64,000 bases of DNA from Curvularia clavata (lineage: Eukaryota), in NCBI GenBank assembly GCA_023920165.1, contig CP089276.1:1302001-1366000 (forward strand), given 5' to 3'. A model generated the notes under the pieces. That model saw only the letters and a program-made list of their open reading frames with translations, did no database searches and was not told the origin of the DNA. Below are positions 24,161 through 36,163 of the stretch, piece after piece (positions within the stretch are counted from its first letter, which is position 1; the number at the start of each line of letters is the position of its first letter). The translations under genes were made by a program, and so were the position numbers.

Positions 24161-27100
24161 TCAAGCAACAGCAACCAAAAACCCTGTTTCCCCCTCCTTC
24201 TTCACCGTCTTCGCCCTATCCACAAGCTCGTCCCCAACCGCCAATCTCAGTCTCTCGCAAGTTGCCGGACTATCCATATTCCACACGCCGGCTTCACCAC
24301 CGACTTCCTTTCCATTCATTCTTCTCGCTGCGACAACGGCTTCCCTCAGCGCGAAGAACACCGTGCTGCCTAAGAAAAGGGGCGGCTCGCCGATACCCTT
24401 GCTACTCTGCACGGTCCTCAGATGGTGCCAGCTCAGCGGCTTGCCATCGTTGTCGTAACGCAGCATGCTGGAGTTGAAAATTTGGGGGATGTCGCTGAAG
24501 CCCGGGATCTTGTAGGTACCTGGGCCGCGAGTGAAGAGCTGGCCGTTACGTGTCCAGAGGGACTCTTCGATGGTGAAGAGACCTTGGCCTTGGATGAAGG
24601 CGCCTTCGATCTGGCCGTAGTCGATAGCGGGGTTGATGGAGTTACCGACGTCCTGATGAATGTATTAGTAGCGGTATACCAAGCAGGAATGATAGGGCTT
24701 ACCATCATGATATCTGAGCGCAGTACTGTATGATCGCCTGTAAGAAGATCCAGCTCCACTTCTGAGCAGCACGCTCCTTGTGTCCAGTAGTAGTACATGG
24801 GCTTGACAGTCTCAAGGTTAGTATCTCCCCAGGTGTATCCGACCTTGGGCATCTTGTAAAATCCGTTAGCAGCAAGGTTGACACGATCAACATAGGCAGC
24901 ATGAGCCACTTCCTTCAATGGTGCATCTTGGCCTAGTTTCTCTCGGTATGGCTTCAAACGTTCGTTGAGCTGATCGCACGCATCCTTCACAGCCATGCCA
25001 TTGAGATCAGATCCAGATGATGCAGCTGTAGGCGATGCGTTGGGGATCTGATAGGTTTGGCTGTCTTGCGTGTAGATGGCGTCGAGAGGAGTGCCGAGCT
25101 CCTGTGCAGCGATCTGGCACATCTTGGTATAGAGACCTTGGCCCATCTCTGTTCCTCCATGGTGCAGTAAAACACTTCCATCCCGATAGATCTTCACATA
25201 TGCAGCAGCCTGGTTGAGATGCAAAGCGGTTGCAAAGCTAAGGCCGAACTTCGATGGCACGAGACATATGCCTCGCTTACGCCACTTGTTTTTCGCGTTG
25301 AACTCTTTGACGGCAGCCTTTCGGTTTTCATAGTCAGAAGACTTACTTAACTGGTGGAGCAGCATCGGAATATGCCAATCCTCGTCAATCTTCTGGAAGA
25401 ATGGAGTGTGCTCCCCAGACTTATACAAATTCTTCCATCGTAGCTCATCGACGTCCATGCCGAGACCTTCTGCAATGTTGTACATGATGGTCTCTGCAAA
25501 GTACATGCCTTGTGGCGCGCCGAAGCCTCGGAATGCGGTGTTACTATGAATGTTGGTTCTGCAAACGTGACCGCGAAGGAACACGTTTGGACATTCGTAT
25601 GCGTTGTCAATGTGTGTGAGGCATCGGTCCATGACTGCTCCACTCATGTCTTGAGAAAAGCCACCATTGTTGTAGAGATCAACCTCCATGGCAAGGAGTT
25701 TGCCTTCTTTTGAAACACCAACTTTCCATTGCGCTTTGAAAGGGTGTCTCTGGCCACTCAGCAGCATGTCTTCGTCGCGGTTCAACATAATCCTGACTGG
25801 TCTTTTCTCTTTCCGAGCAGCGATCGCTGTGTAAATGGCGAAGGGTACACTGCGAGATTCTTTGCCACCGAATCCGCCTCCCATACGCTTAACACGAGCG
25901 TTGACTCGATTGCTCGGTATTCCCAGCACTGCGCTAACAAATTCCTGCACCTCCATCGTGTTCTGAGTAGAAGACCAGACTTCAATAGCTCCATCTTCTC
26001 CAGAGGGGATAGCAAGTGCCGCATTTGTCTCCAGATAGAAATGCTCTTGACCTCCTAGGCGACACGTGCCTTCGAAGATCCTGTCGCATTTGGCGAAAGC
26101 TTCAGCCATTTTGTCGTCTATGGCAAGGCCTTTTCTCAGAAACTTCCCATGAGGGAAGTAGCTTTCGGCTGCAATGGCTTCGTCAATAGTAAGGATATGG
26201 GGCAGCTCTTCGTATTCAACTTTAACAGCTCGAGCGGCTGCTTGAGCCTCCAACGCTGTTTCGGCGTAGACCATTCCAATGACTTGACCATGCGACAAAA
26301 CCTTGTCTTCAGCAAAGAACGGCTCATCTTTCTTGATGGATCCCCATATATTAGCATCAACAGGGATACTGTTTCTATCGATGTAACCAACAACACCAGG
26401 CATCTCGAGCGCGATGTTCCAGTCGATGCTGAGAATCTTGGCATGTGCCTTTGTAGACATGACAAGACCGCCAAACAGCTCGGAAGTTTGCTTCGGCATA
26501 TCGTCGATATACTCTGCTTCGCCCGTGCATTGTTTGAGAGCAGAAAGATGAGGTACTTGCCTCCCCACTACACGTTGCTCGTAGGGGTTGTAGTCATCAC
26601 GTGTTCCACTGGAAATCTCGCGATGTATCTCCTCTACGATCTGCTGGTCAACATCACCGAGTCCAAACTCTGCAGCCGCCTCGTGCCAAAAGCGGAAGAA
26701 GAGCGAGAGTGTAAGGGTCTTGCGGTAATCAGCCATACCGCCTGGTACACTGTATGGAAGGTCATAATCCTGCGTCAATGCAGTAAGCGCAGCATCGAGC
26801 GTCTCCGAGTGAAACCAGGGCTTGCCAAGAAGCGCGCTCTGTGTCTTTGGTGAGTCTTTAGTCATTGGCGCCATCCCACCAAATACAATGGAGGCATCTT
26901 CAACCCGTCCATCAGAATCGAGCCGCACTCTGAAAGCTGCTGTGACAATTGCAATATCATCGTCTTTGCGCTTCGCCTGTTTGTAGGCCTTGAGTACCTC
27001 ACGCGAACCTTCTGGTGGTAAAGGTATTCGGATACGGTGTAGAATTGCATCAGCAGGCAGATTCGTAGTCCTGTATGCCACGAAGAAGTTGGACATGGGA

Positions 27101-28743
27101 AGATCAAAGGTGCCATCATTCTTGTTGATGGCCTCTAGCGTAGCACCTGCAGCCATCAAAACAGGATTCGCGTCTGAGATTGGTGAGGCAGTTGCGATAT
27201 TGCCAGCTAGTGAGGCAACATTGCGAATCTGGCGACCTGCAAAGTATCGTAGTTGTTTTCTGAGTGCTTCAAGTACCATTGCACGCTTGCCAACTTTTGC
27301 ATAGACTGTTTTGCAAATGTTTTCGAGTTCGGTAAGTGAGGAGTTGGCTGCAACAACGAGCTCCTTTGCGGTATCGAGCTCGGCATCCATGGGAAGTTTG
27401 GTGTGCTTCAGCTCCGGAATGTCGGAAATGTACACTGAGACTGCAAAATCCGAGTTCTTGAAACGAACCTCTACCTGGACCTCACTTGCACCACCTACCA
27501 ACTTGGCTGATGGGAAGGCGTCTTTCAAGTCTACTAGTTGCTCGAGCTTGGTAGGTCGAAACCAGATCTTTTTGTCGTTGCCGTAGCATATCGGATGCGG
27601 TTCATGCCTCCATAAAGCTGGTGGAAAGATGAGCTCCGTATCTGGCGCGTATTCAAGAAATTCTACTCGGGGTACACCCTTTTCGGAATTCGTCGCTGGA
27701 GCAAGGATGGCAGAAGTCGAAGTCTTTGTTTCATCGGCCGCCTTATTCTCCTTGCTTTTCAGGGGCTTTGCGTACTCGGTGCCGCTCAAGGCAGGATCCG
27801 CTTGTGGCACTTTCTTCGCATCAAGGATGGCAGGTATAGGCTCATCTTCTGATGCTGAGGAAGGCTCTGTGGGCGGTGAAGAGGCACTAGATTTACTATC
27901 CGCAGAGCTGCTCTCTGATGGTGCATCCCTGCAGCACCCCCCTGGACGACCGCAAGAAACTTTGGAGGGCCCTGCACAACCGTTGCGGGTGAGATCAATG
28001 ACATCCTTTTCGAACCGCTCGGCGTCTGTAGTGACTGGGTCATCCTCCTCGGCTAATTGGCCCTTCAAGTCTTCGGTCACGAATGTCTTTGCGGCCTGCA
28101 GGATTGGCTTGTAACCCGTGCATCGGCACAGATTGCCGTCCAAGTGACCTTCCATTTCAATTTCACGAGCACTGAGATGGAACTTTTTCGTATCAGGGTT
28201 GTACGCGTTTCGCACAACGGCATAGAGGCTCATGACGATACCAGGTGTACCTGAACCGTTTGTCAGTCAACGAACCATGTACTCCGAATTTAGGCACTGA
28301 CAAAATCCACACTGGCTGCCGTGTAGCTTTGCAATCCGCTCTTGCAGGGGGTGTGGTCTGCCAACACTGCCGATACCCTCAACAGTAATGACATGCTTGC
28401 CATCGATACCAACAAGTGGAAATAAGCATGCGTTTACAGATAAATGCTTAATCCTTCTCTTCTCAGATTGCCCGTCTGGGACTTGGAGGACGACTGTGCA
28501 CGCGCCACATCCGCCTTCGCCACATCCCAGCTTCGTGCCTTTGAGGTTAGGCTGCGCGCGGATGTAGTCCAGCAGTGTCCAATACGGATTAGGGTTACTA
28601 ATGACGGTCTTGATGCCGTTGATGTAGGTTGTGATATCCGGTGTTCTGTATGTCGACTCAATCAAGGGTGTGAGGGCGTCAACAGCGGAATACGCCCGCG
28701 GTGGGTCAGCAGCACTGCTTTTTGGTGGAACTGGGAGAGCCAT
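24161..28743 (-). CDS. hxnS: Xanthine dehydrogenase paralogue, nicotinate hydroxylase / purine hydroxylase II (~1493 aa, 3 exons)
   Basis: Exons 28743-28302, 28250-24703, 24652-24161. 2Fe-2S motifs GCGEGGCGAC, QCGFCTPG, GNLCRCTGY; FAD domain; Moco motifs GGGFGGKESR, AFRGFG, SSKGIGEPP. FATALH (HxA type has FTAL) and an insertion in the second Fe-S cluster mark the HxnS type. Confidence 0.9.
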
Positions 28744-28965
28744 GGCTAATCCACGGAGGGTCAACTCAAGACGAGAATAGCACCGAGGAAGGACGCGGTG
28801 CTCTCCTCATAACAAAGTAGACACGGTGCTGATTACCGTTCAGCTTCTGCGCCGTCCACAATAAGGTCACGTGATGATATCTGTAGTTCAGCTGATTGGT
28901 GTGTGCAAGGGTTAACCTTCCAATGGTGGACGACTTTTCTTCGTCGGAAAGCGTGATCCGCAACA

Positions 28966-28976
28966 CCCCACTCTTG
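28966..28976 (-). promoter_or_regulatory. Candidate cluster operator CAAGAGTGGGG (copy 3, ~220 bp upstream of hxnS ATG)
   Basis: CCCCACTCTTG on the + strand. Confidence 0.55.
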
Positions 28977-31316
28977 TACCACCACTCGGAAGGCTGAACG
29001 AATGGCCTTTGTTCCATTTCTGTCTCCGTCATATTTGTATCTACAAGTACATAGCACATGTAGACATCACTCTATCAAACAGGCCCCGTGATCACGAGTA
29101 TAGTCGGGTTCTTACTTACGCCAGTGGCACGTACGTGCTCAGCAAAAGTATGCAACACCATTGTTGTACCAGGGAGGTTGATTTAAGTACTGCAGCCAAT
29201 GTGCGAGCAAAGGCGGTCTACAATTGACCGAAGCCGCCGACAGTATCTAGTGCATGAGCAGTTCCCGTGACCTGGAAATACGAGGAAGATGTGTCTTAGG
29301 CCAGCGGTTATCTGGGTGTGCCAAGCACATTCGCCTTCTTTCCAGTAAGGGCACCAGCCATCAGCTCATGCAACGTGCGGTCCCAGATGGCGCAACAGTA
29401 TCGCTTGCGCCGACCACCTGCCTAAGCTATTGATTATCAAACGGATCGCGTCGTCTGACTACCGCTTGAATAACTGTCAAATCGGGTCGGTCTCTAAACG
29501 ATAACCTGAGTCTCAAGGCGCCTTTTACGATAGATCGCTCAGAGGGCACATTCAATTGCTCCTGGGAGCCATACATTCATAAACCAAGCAGTACTAACCG
29601 TACGGGTATTAGCCTTGGGCCTTACAAATACTCTAGAAGCACTGGGGAGAGCGATCCTAGCAATCACTCGGCACTTGTATAGAGATATTGTGGCGTTTTC
29701 AGCAGATGGGCAACACTAACTTGCGCCCATTGTTGAGGTTGTCCAGGAGTATTTGGATAATTCTCGAAACCAGAGTGAGATAAAACTGAATCTTGTATAT
29801 CGAGGCATCGGCACAGTGTACCACAAATGACATCCAACCCATATTGCTGTCCACTAGCACAACAAGCAATAGCTGCAAACGAACGAAAGCCCTCCGGTTG
29901 TATTTGACACAATTCCCAATTGTCACGAAAAGGGAACAACACTAACCTATTATAGAAGAATCGTTTTGCGTTGTCCAAAAATCACGCTTCCGATGCACAC
30001 CCAGGAAGTTGGGCTAGCACCACTTACTTTTCAGCAGCTACCGGACGCTAGCCACTGTACGAATCCTTCACGCTACTTCGAGTGCCATCTTCGCTGCTTT
30101 CTAAGTCTAGCCGTTTTTTGGGTTTCCTCTCTCAATCCTACCAATCCGGTTTCAGTAGAAACAGCGGAATTCCCGGCGTCGTAGAGGTAAGCCCAAAGTG
30201 CCACTGTTGTATCGATGTAAGTACGCATGCACACACCCAGTGCCTCCTGCATCATTGAAATCAGCTGGTGCACACTCAAGCTTGGGATTCTCTACCAAGG
30301 CCGCTGTCTGGGCTTCGATCGCATCCTCGTCTTGGCAAAGGAAGCAGCACGTCTACGCTACCATTGCAGATGGTGCTTTCCCTACACGGGTAGTCTTCGC
30401 CGACGATGGCTCTGGGCTTCTTGGCAGAATCGCTGAAAAAGTCATCAAACAGACTTGCCAAGCCCCTGAAACTTCTCGTTGTGTTCTGGATGTAAGAGAA
30501 GCTAAGGCGGCCATGGATTGGTAGGAGGAAAGATAGTGTAATCGAACCATGCCGGTACAGGGGCAACTTTCATTTATTCCATCGCGATCAAGCGGGTCGA
30601 TGCAATATATACCGGGCGCGTACTTTGGAAATAGTACGTCATTTGGTGAGCTCCAATATGCACAGTTTCCGCGGATGGACTACTTCTGAACTTAGTTTTG
30701 TTGGATTCGCACAGGATCCCTCAAAACAAACTCTAAGTAATCTCGTTTAAGATTCTAGCCATACGCGGAGCCAAACCCTGCCACATGGGTATCCATCAAA
30801 AAGTTTTGATGTCCGTACCTGTATGGAGAAACGGGTGGCCTTGGTGCAAGGATTCATCGAGTATGAATTCGCACGCCACAATACGGACATTCTGCGGAAC
30901 GGACTTTAAATAAATATCGATCCTGGCTTTCGTCATGAAGATACATGTCAAATTTGCGGATTTCAAGAGGAATGATTTGATGGAAGAATTCTCGCAATCT
31001 AGGCCTTCGGTTACCGTAGCTATTTTAGCCGTAGTGGGTCGCCATCAGTCCGGATAGAGTGCATCAATGTGACACAAGGAATGTTTGTGGTACTAATGTA
31101 TGTACATGTAGGTTTTATATTACATATCCTCTAAAAAAGCGTGGCAGCTCGGGCGGCTAGGGCCAGTACCCGCTGTCAGGTACAACATGAACTGGATCCG
31201 CCCACCGCGCCGCAGACATATCCAGGTTTCCGGATCTCTCCACCGCAACAGTCGTCAGAGACATTTTCTTCGAGTTAAAGATCGTCTGCGGTATTAGAAC
31301 TTAGAGGGCAGTTGAC

Positions 31317-32167
31317 ATGATGTCGATTCTGCTCCCTCTCTACGTATATCCCAGCCCGGGCGCTTGGGACCCACTATATGCAGCGTATGTATGCACATAT
31401 ATATCAGTCCTCCACTATTAACAAACTACAGAGCAAAAGCTCACCGCGATGTCTCCTTCACTGTTGTACTCAATCCCTGCTCGGGGCCCTGCATGGGATC
31501 GCTCCCTGACTCAGTGTACATGACCGAAGTCCCCAAACTATCGCAGTACCCCAACATTCGCACCCTAGGCTACGTCGCAACACACTACGCAACCAAGCCC
31601 GTTGAAAGCCTCTTGGCCGAAATTGATACCTACTCCAGCTGGCCGCGCCTCACAAACTCTACTCGTATGCGAGTAGATGGCATCTTCCTCGACGAAACCC
31701 CTAGCACCTTCAACCCAGCCTCGTACACATACCTCGAGCGTGCCAACCATGCAATCAAGAACCGCAGCACGACCTTCAAGAATGGCTTCGTAGCGCACAA
31801 CCCAGGTCTCATCCCACCCGTCGACCTAACTGCGCCTGGCTACCTCTCAGACTCTTACTTCAACCTCACCGACCTCACCGTTGTCTTTGAGGAAACGTTC
31901 GAAAAGTACCTCGACAAGGATACCATGACACCGCTTGCGCAAGCGAAGGTGCCAAATTCCAAGATGGGTGTCATTTTGCATTCGGTGCCAAGGCTCAATC
32001 AGGATGTGCTGAGTTATGTGGTGGCGAAGGTCGAAGAGGCGGCTGATTGGGTGTTTCTAACGAGCGGGATTGAGGGAAATGGGTATCATGATTTCAGCGA
32101 TGTATGGCAGGGCTTAGTGGCGGCTGTGGGGAAGGGGAGGGGGGTTGGAACAGGATGGAAGGCGTAA
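31317..32167 (+). CDS. Spherulin-4 / GH135 family protein (2 exons)
   Basis: Exons 31317-31384 and 31432-32167: ILLPLYVYP..GAWDPL, VVLNP.SGP, TLGYVAT, VDGIFLDE, HNPG, VVFE. Confidence 0.88.
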
Positions 32168-32578
32168 ATTGAGTGCTGTATCTCAAAGGTAAAGGGGGAG
32201 GGGACATTGTTTGGACTGTTCTTGTATTATCAATCGCATGATGTTGTAACGTATGTGTCTTCTTTTTGTACTGTTTAGAAGGAGACAAACAGTTCATTTC
32301 GGTATCTAGAAGGTTAGGCGTGCTAGGCGCAGCTAAGTTCACAAATTTCTTCATCTTCTATTCTCATATTTAGTATTATATGGCTGTTGCCACAAACGCA
32401 TCATCTCCAACTTTGGTAGCGAGATCTAACAATCGCCGTAAGGTTGGTCACGCTTGTTATTTGCTGTCAGTCGGGGCTGAGGTACCCAAATTTGGGCAGT
32501 TAGAAATATCTCCTTTTGGCGAGATGCAATGAACACAACGCTTTTCAATTAGCAAGTCAACTATTAGCAAGAAGCACC

Positions 32579-34306
32579 TCATGCCCCATCGGTCCTATCC
32601 GACTGCGCCTCATCCTTCTCCACCTGAGCTTTCCTCCTCTTCTCCGCCAACTCCTGCCTCCACTTCATCCCATCCCTCATAACCCACAGTGCCAACGGTA
32701 ACAAAGCCACATACACCAAACCAATAAAGGTGAACGCCCATCCAGTGTTCATAGCGTGGCACATTGGCAGAATGGCCGCAGACCCACCCGCACTCATTAA
32801 GCACCTCGCAAAATTGACTGCCGCAGTGGCAGCGGCAGGCTGATCGCGATGCAGATCTATCAATAGCCCATTCGTGACATTGAATGCGGTCGTGATGAAG
32901 AATCCCATGACGAAAAGTGCCGCCTCGGGACCCGCGAGATGCGTCTTGAAATGCACTGTCCAGCCAAAAGCGATGAGACCAAAAATACCAAGGATATGTG
33001 CGGGGACCAGAACCTGTAGTCGTGCACGCTCGATGTTGAAATTACTCAAGTCCTGTTGTTTACCGGGGGTAATTACTAAGCCAACGGCTTTTGCGTGACG
33101 CCGGAAATTCCAGTCTACGACGCGTCCCATGCCGATCGAGGCGATGAGCGCAGCGACGCCGTTGGAGATGTAGCATAAGCCGATGCTGAGTTCGTCGAGT
33201 CCGTATGCTTCTTGGTATAAGTCGGGGACGGCGGCTATAGTGACCATCATTCCCGTGAAAAATAGACCATTGTAAACAAGGAGGATGCCAGATTCTTTCT
33301 CCATTAGGATACGCAAAGTAACTAAGGGGTTTGGCCAAGCGGTCTTTCTCTTTGGTAGTCTAGGAGTGGTTTGGCCAGGCGATTTCTTCGCGAGTTTTCG
33401 CTGCTGAATGCAGCTAATGACGGTGCGGTTAACACCTTGTGGCGGTATGGACCCGTTTCCTACTACTTTACGGCACGTTTCTGGGAAGAAGAAAACGAAG
33501 ATAATGAGGAGGGTGCCGGAGAATATCGCTAGAAACCAGAAGATGGCACGCCAACCAAGAAAGTGTGCTAAAAGGCCCCCAATTGTAGGGCCAAAAGCGG
33601 GCCCCATGAGGATGCCGGCCTGAGCGTAGCCCATGTAGGTGCCGCGTTCGGCTGATGTGGATATGTCTGCTACAACAGCCATTGATAGTGCGATGGCGGC
33701 TGAGCCACCGATGGCTTGGACCATGCGCAGCAGGAGCAGCGCGATGTAGTTTGTCTGGAGTGCGAGACCAATGTTACCGATGCAGTAGATGACAAAGCAT
33801 ATTATGAATGTCAATCTTCGCCCATTGTTATCAGATAGGGTACCGAGAAAAGCCGGAGCTATACCTTGCGCAATCTATCAGAGTTAGTTGTTGATTTTAT
33901 GATTGGTTCGTGGAGAAAGAGAGTAAAGGCAAGGGCTACATAACCAAACGGCGCTCGGAAAATACAGCTCCATCTACCCTGAGTGAATAAAATCATTCAC
34001 ACATACCATAAATGTTGTAAGTGAGACGTTCACCTGCACAGGAGTGATGTGCAAAACGTCAGATATGGCGTTGAGTGCAGGCAAGAACATGGCGGCTCCA
34101 AAGGGCGATATCAAAGCAGAGAAGCAGACCAGAACTATGATCCATATTTTTGTTCCTTTGCTGAAGACCGAATAAGGTTCTTCGGAAGTTTGTTGCTCTG
34201 CAACTCCCTGACCAGCCGTCTTTTCGACATCCAACTCTTGGCATGGTTCCTTATCGTTCGCACTGTTGACCTCAGCGTCGCCTGCTGAACTGCTGGAGGT
34301 CACCAT
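32579..34306 (-). CDS. MFS drug:H+ antiporter (DHA1, Qdr/Aqr1-like; 2 exons)
   Basis: Exons 34306-34007 and 33874-32579; PYSVFS..K, SD.NGRR, ERG.YMG, GP.IGG, WRAIFWFL, PET; multiple hydrophobic segments. Confidence 0.9.
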
Positions 34307-35240
34307 ATCAATGTCGTCACGGTTAAATTTAAATGATGAGAAAGGTCTCTGAGCTTATGGGTAGGCGCTGAACAGATTGGAGTGTTTGTAGCTTATCGGA
34401 AAAGCGAACGGTGTCTCGAGATGGAAGAATACCGGATTCGAGACGCCCGTTGAGCACATCATGTGCATGTCTCCACACTGAACGCATGCATGCAGTCGCC
34501 TCCGGATGATGGTGCTAGTACGGAATGGGTGGACGCCATGGTTCGCTGGTCAACCTCGATAACTCTTTCAGCGCGCATGGGTGTACCAAAAAAAACTTGC
34601 TATAGGCTGGCAAAGGGATCATTTTTGCCGACTTTGGCCGTTTACTACACCAACAGTTACCTATTTCTTGATCTGTGTGTACAGACTTGCTGTGATAATG
34701 TGAATGTGGGGTACAAAATGATCCTCTGTTGGGAGAACCGAGTCATGTGGCCCGAGGGTGCACAGCAGAAAGCATCTTCCGGAGATAACGACTACAATAG
34801 CTATTACCGCAACATCGGGCTGAACCATGCCGAAAGGCGGTACTCCCGGTGTTTGTTCCTGCGGAGCGACGAATTGAAGGCTGGGACAAGTCTTCTGAAA
34901 TAGGGGGTGATCTGTGCCGATTCATGTATGTTGCGGTGTGTTGCAACCTCGGCTTATTCCAATGCTGCATTCCCTATAATACATGTCGGCTTCGGTATAG
35001 CGTAATCTGGACATGCACTTGAGCAAGGAAAGAAAGCAACGTCTCGATAAATCCAAAACTAAATAGAGAAATTCAGCGTAAAGTCTGGATGACTAGTTTG
35101 GAGAGTCCAGGTGTTTTCACAGGCACGCACGTAATACACACCTAAGTTCCCGTCCTTTGCAATTCCCGATGCCTGAACGCCACCATCATGTCTTCGTCGA
35201 TTCGTAATCTGTTTCAAAACACCAATGCCAGAACCTCTTG

Positions 35241-36163
35241 CTAATTGTACCGGTCGTCATCGCCATGGAAAAATCTGAGCACGGCCTTTGCCACCACTAA
35301 TCCATCATGCATCCAATCGGCCCTTTCGGCAGCCTCGTCGGCCTCCTCCTTGCTCACGCTGCCACTCTTAACCCTCATATCAAGTTGTCTCCTGACCATC
35401 TTCTCGTCAAATTCCATATGGCCTTGTGTGGTAAATAGCCTCTTCTGGATGTACACGCCCTGGACACCGGTATGATCGCTTGTACCCCACACATGGACTT
35501 TTGTGCCCTTTGGTAACAAGTCTGTTGTTTCTGGTGAAGGGGGATTGACAACATGGTCCAGATGCATTTGGTGTAGATGAATCTTGTCTTCTGTTTCAGG
35601 TAGGTTGAAAAGTTCACGACCAATGTGGGAAAGTTGAATTGCGTGGTGTGATAGCTCCCACTCGCCGTTTTCCTGTGGTTTTACAGTAGATCCAAGGGTA
35701 CGGCAGAGAATCTGATGGCCAAAGCAGATTCCTGTGAAGCGGATATCGGGACGGTTTTGCCAGACATCTAAAATCTAAGTTAATTATCACTTGGGAGTAA
35801 TTTCAAAAGTAAGGTGCACAAACCTCGAATAAATTGCATGAGTTTGAGAATCCACGGATCGTTGCCATGTGCATCCCAACAGCTTCCTGTAATCAGAATA
35901 GCATGGATGTCGTCTGAGATTTCTTCTGCCTTCGGAACTTGTCCACCTTCTGGTTCAACAATGTATTGCATAGTCGTTTCGATGCCTAGTTGTGGGTCAT
36001 GCTCGTCGCCAGCCTTTTTCAAGAGTTCACCAAGTACAACTCCAAAAGAACCAATCTCTTTTTGAGTATCGGGGTGCGTCTCATCTGTCTCAAGGACAAG
36101 CATGCGAACCTTGCCAGGGTGGCTCGAGATGATTGTTCGGCTCTGTGCAATTGGTGGCACCAT
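35241..36163 (-). CDS. Class I glutamine amidotransferase-like protein (288 aa, 2 exons)
   Basis: Exons 36163-35824 and 35767-35241; ILITGS, nucleophile elbow GICFGHQ, QGHMEF. Confidence 0.9.

Noticed and set aside
15354..28743. Purine degradation cluster (XDH + HpxO-like urate hydroxylase + PuuE-like allantoinase + amidase)
   Set aside because: The XDH has the HxnS-type FATALH motif and insertions, and the five-gene set including a phenol-monooxygenase-like gene matches the hxn inventory better.
32579..34306. MFS transporter as nicotinate permease HxnP/HxnZ
   Set aside because: Motifs are of the DHA1 drug-efflux type, and it lies beyond the spherulin gene.
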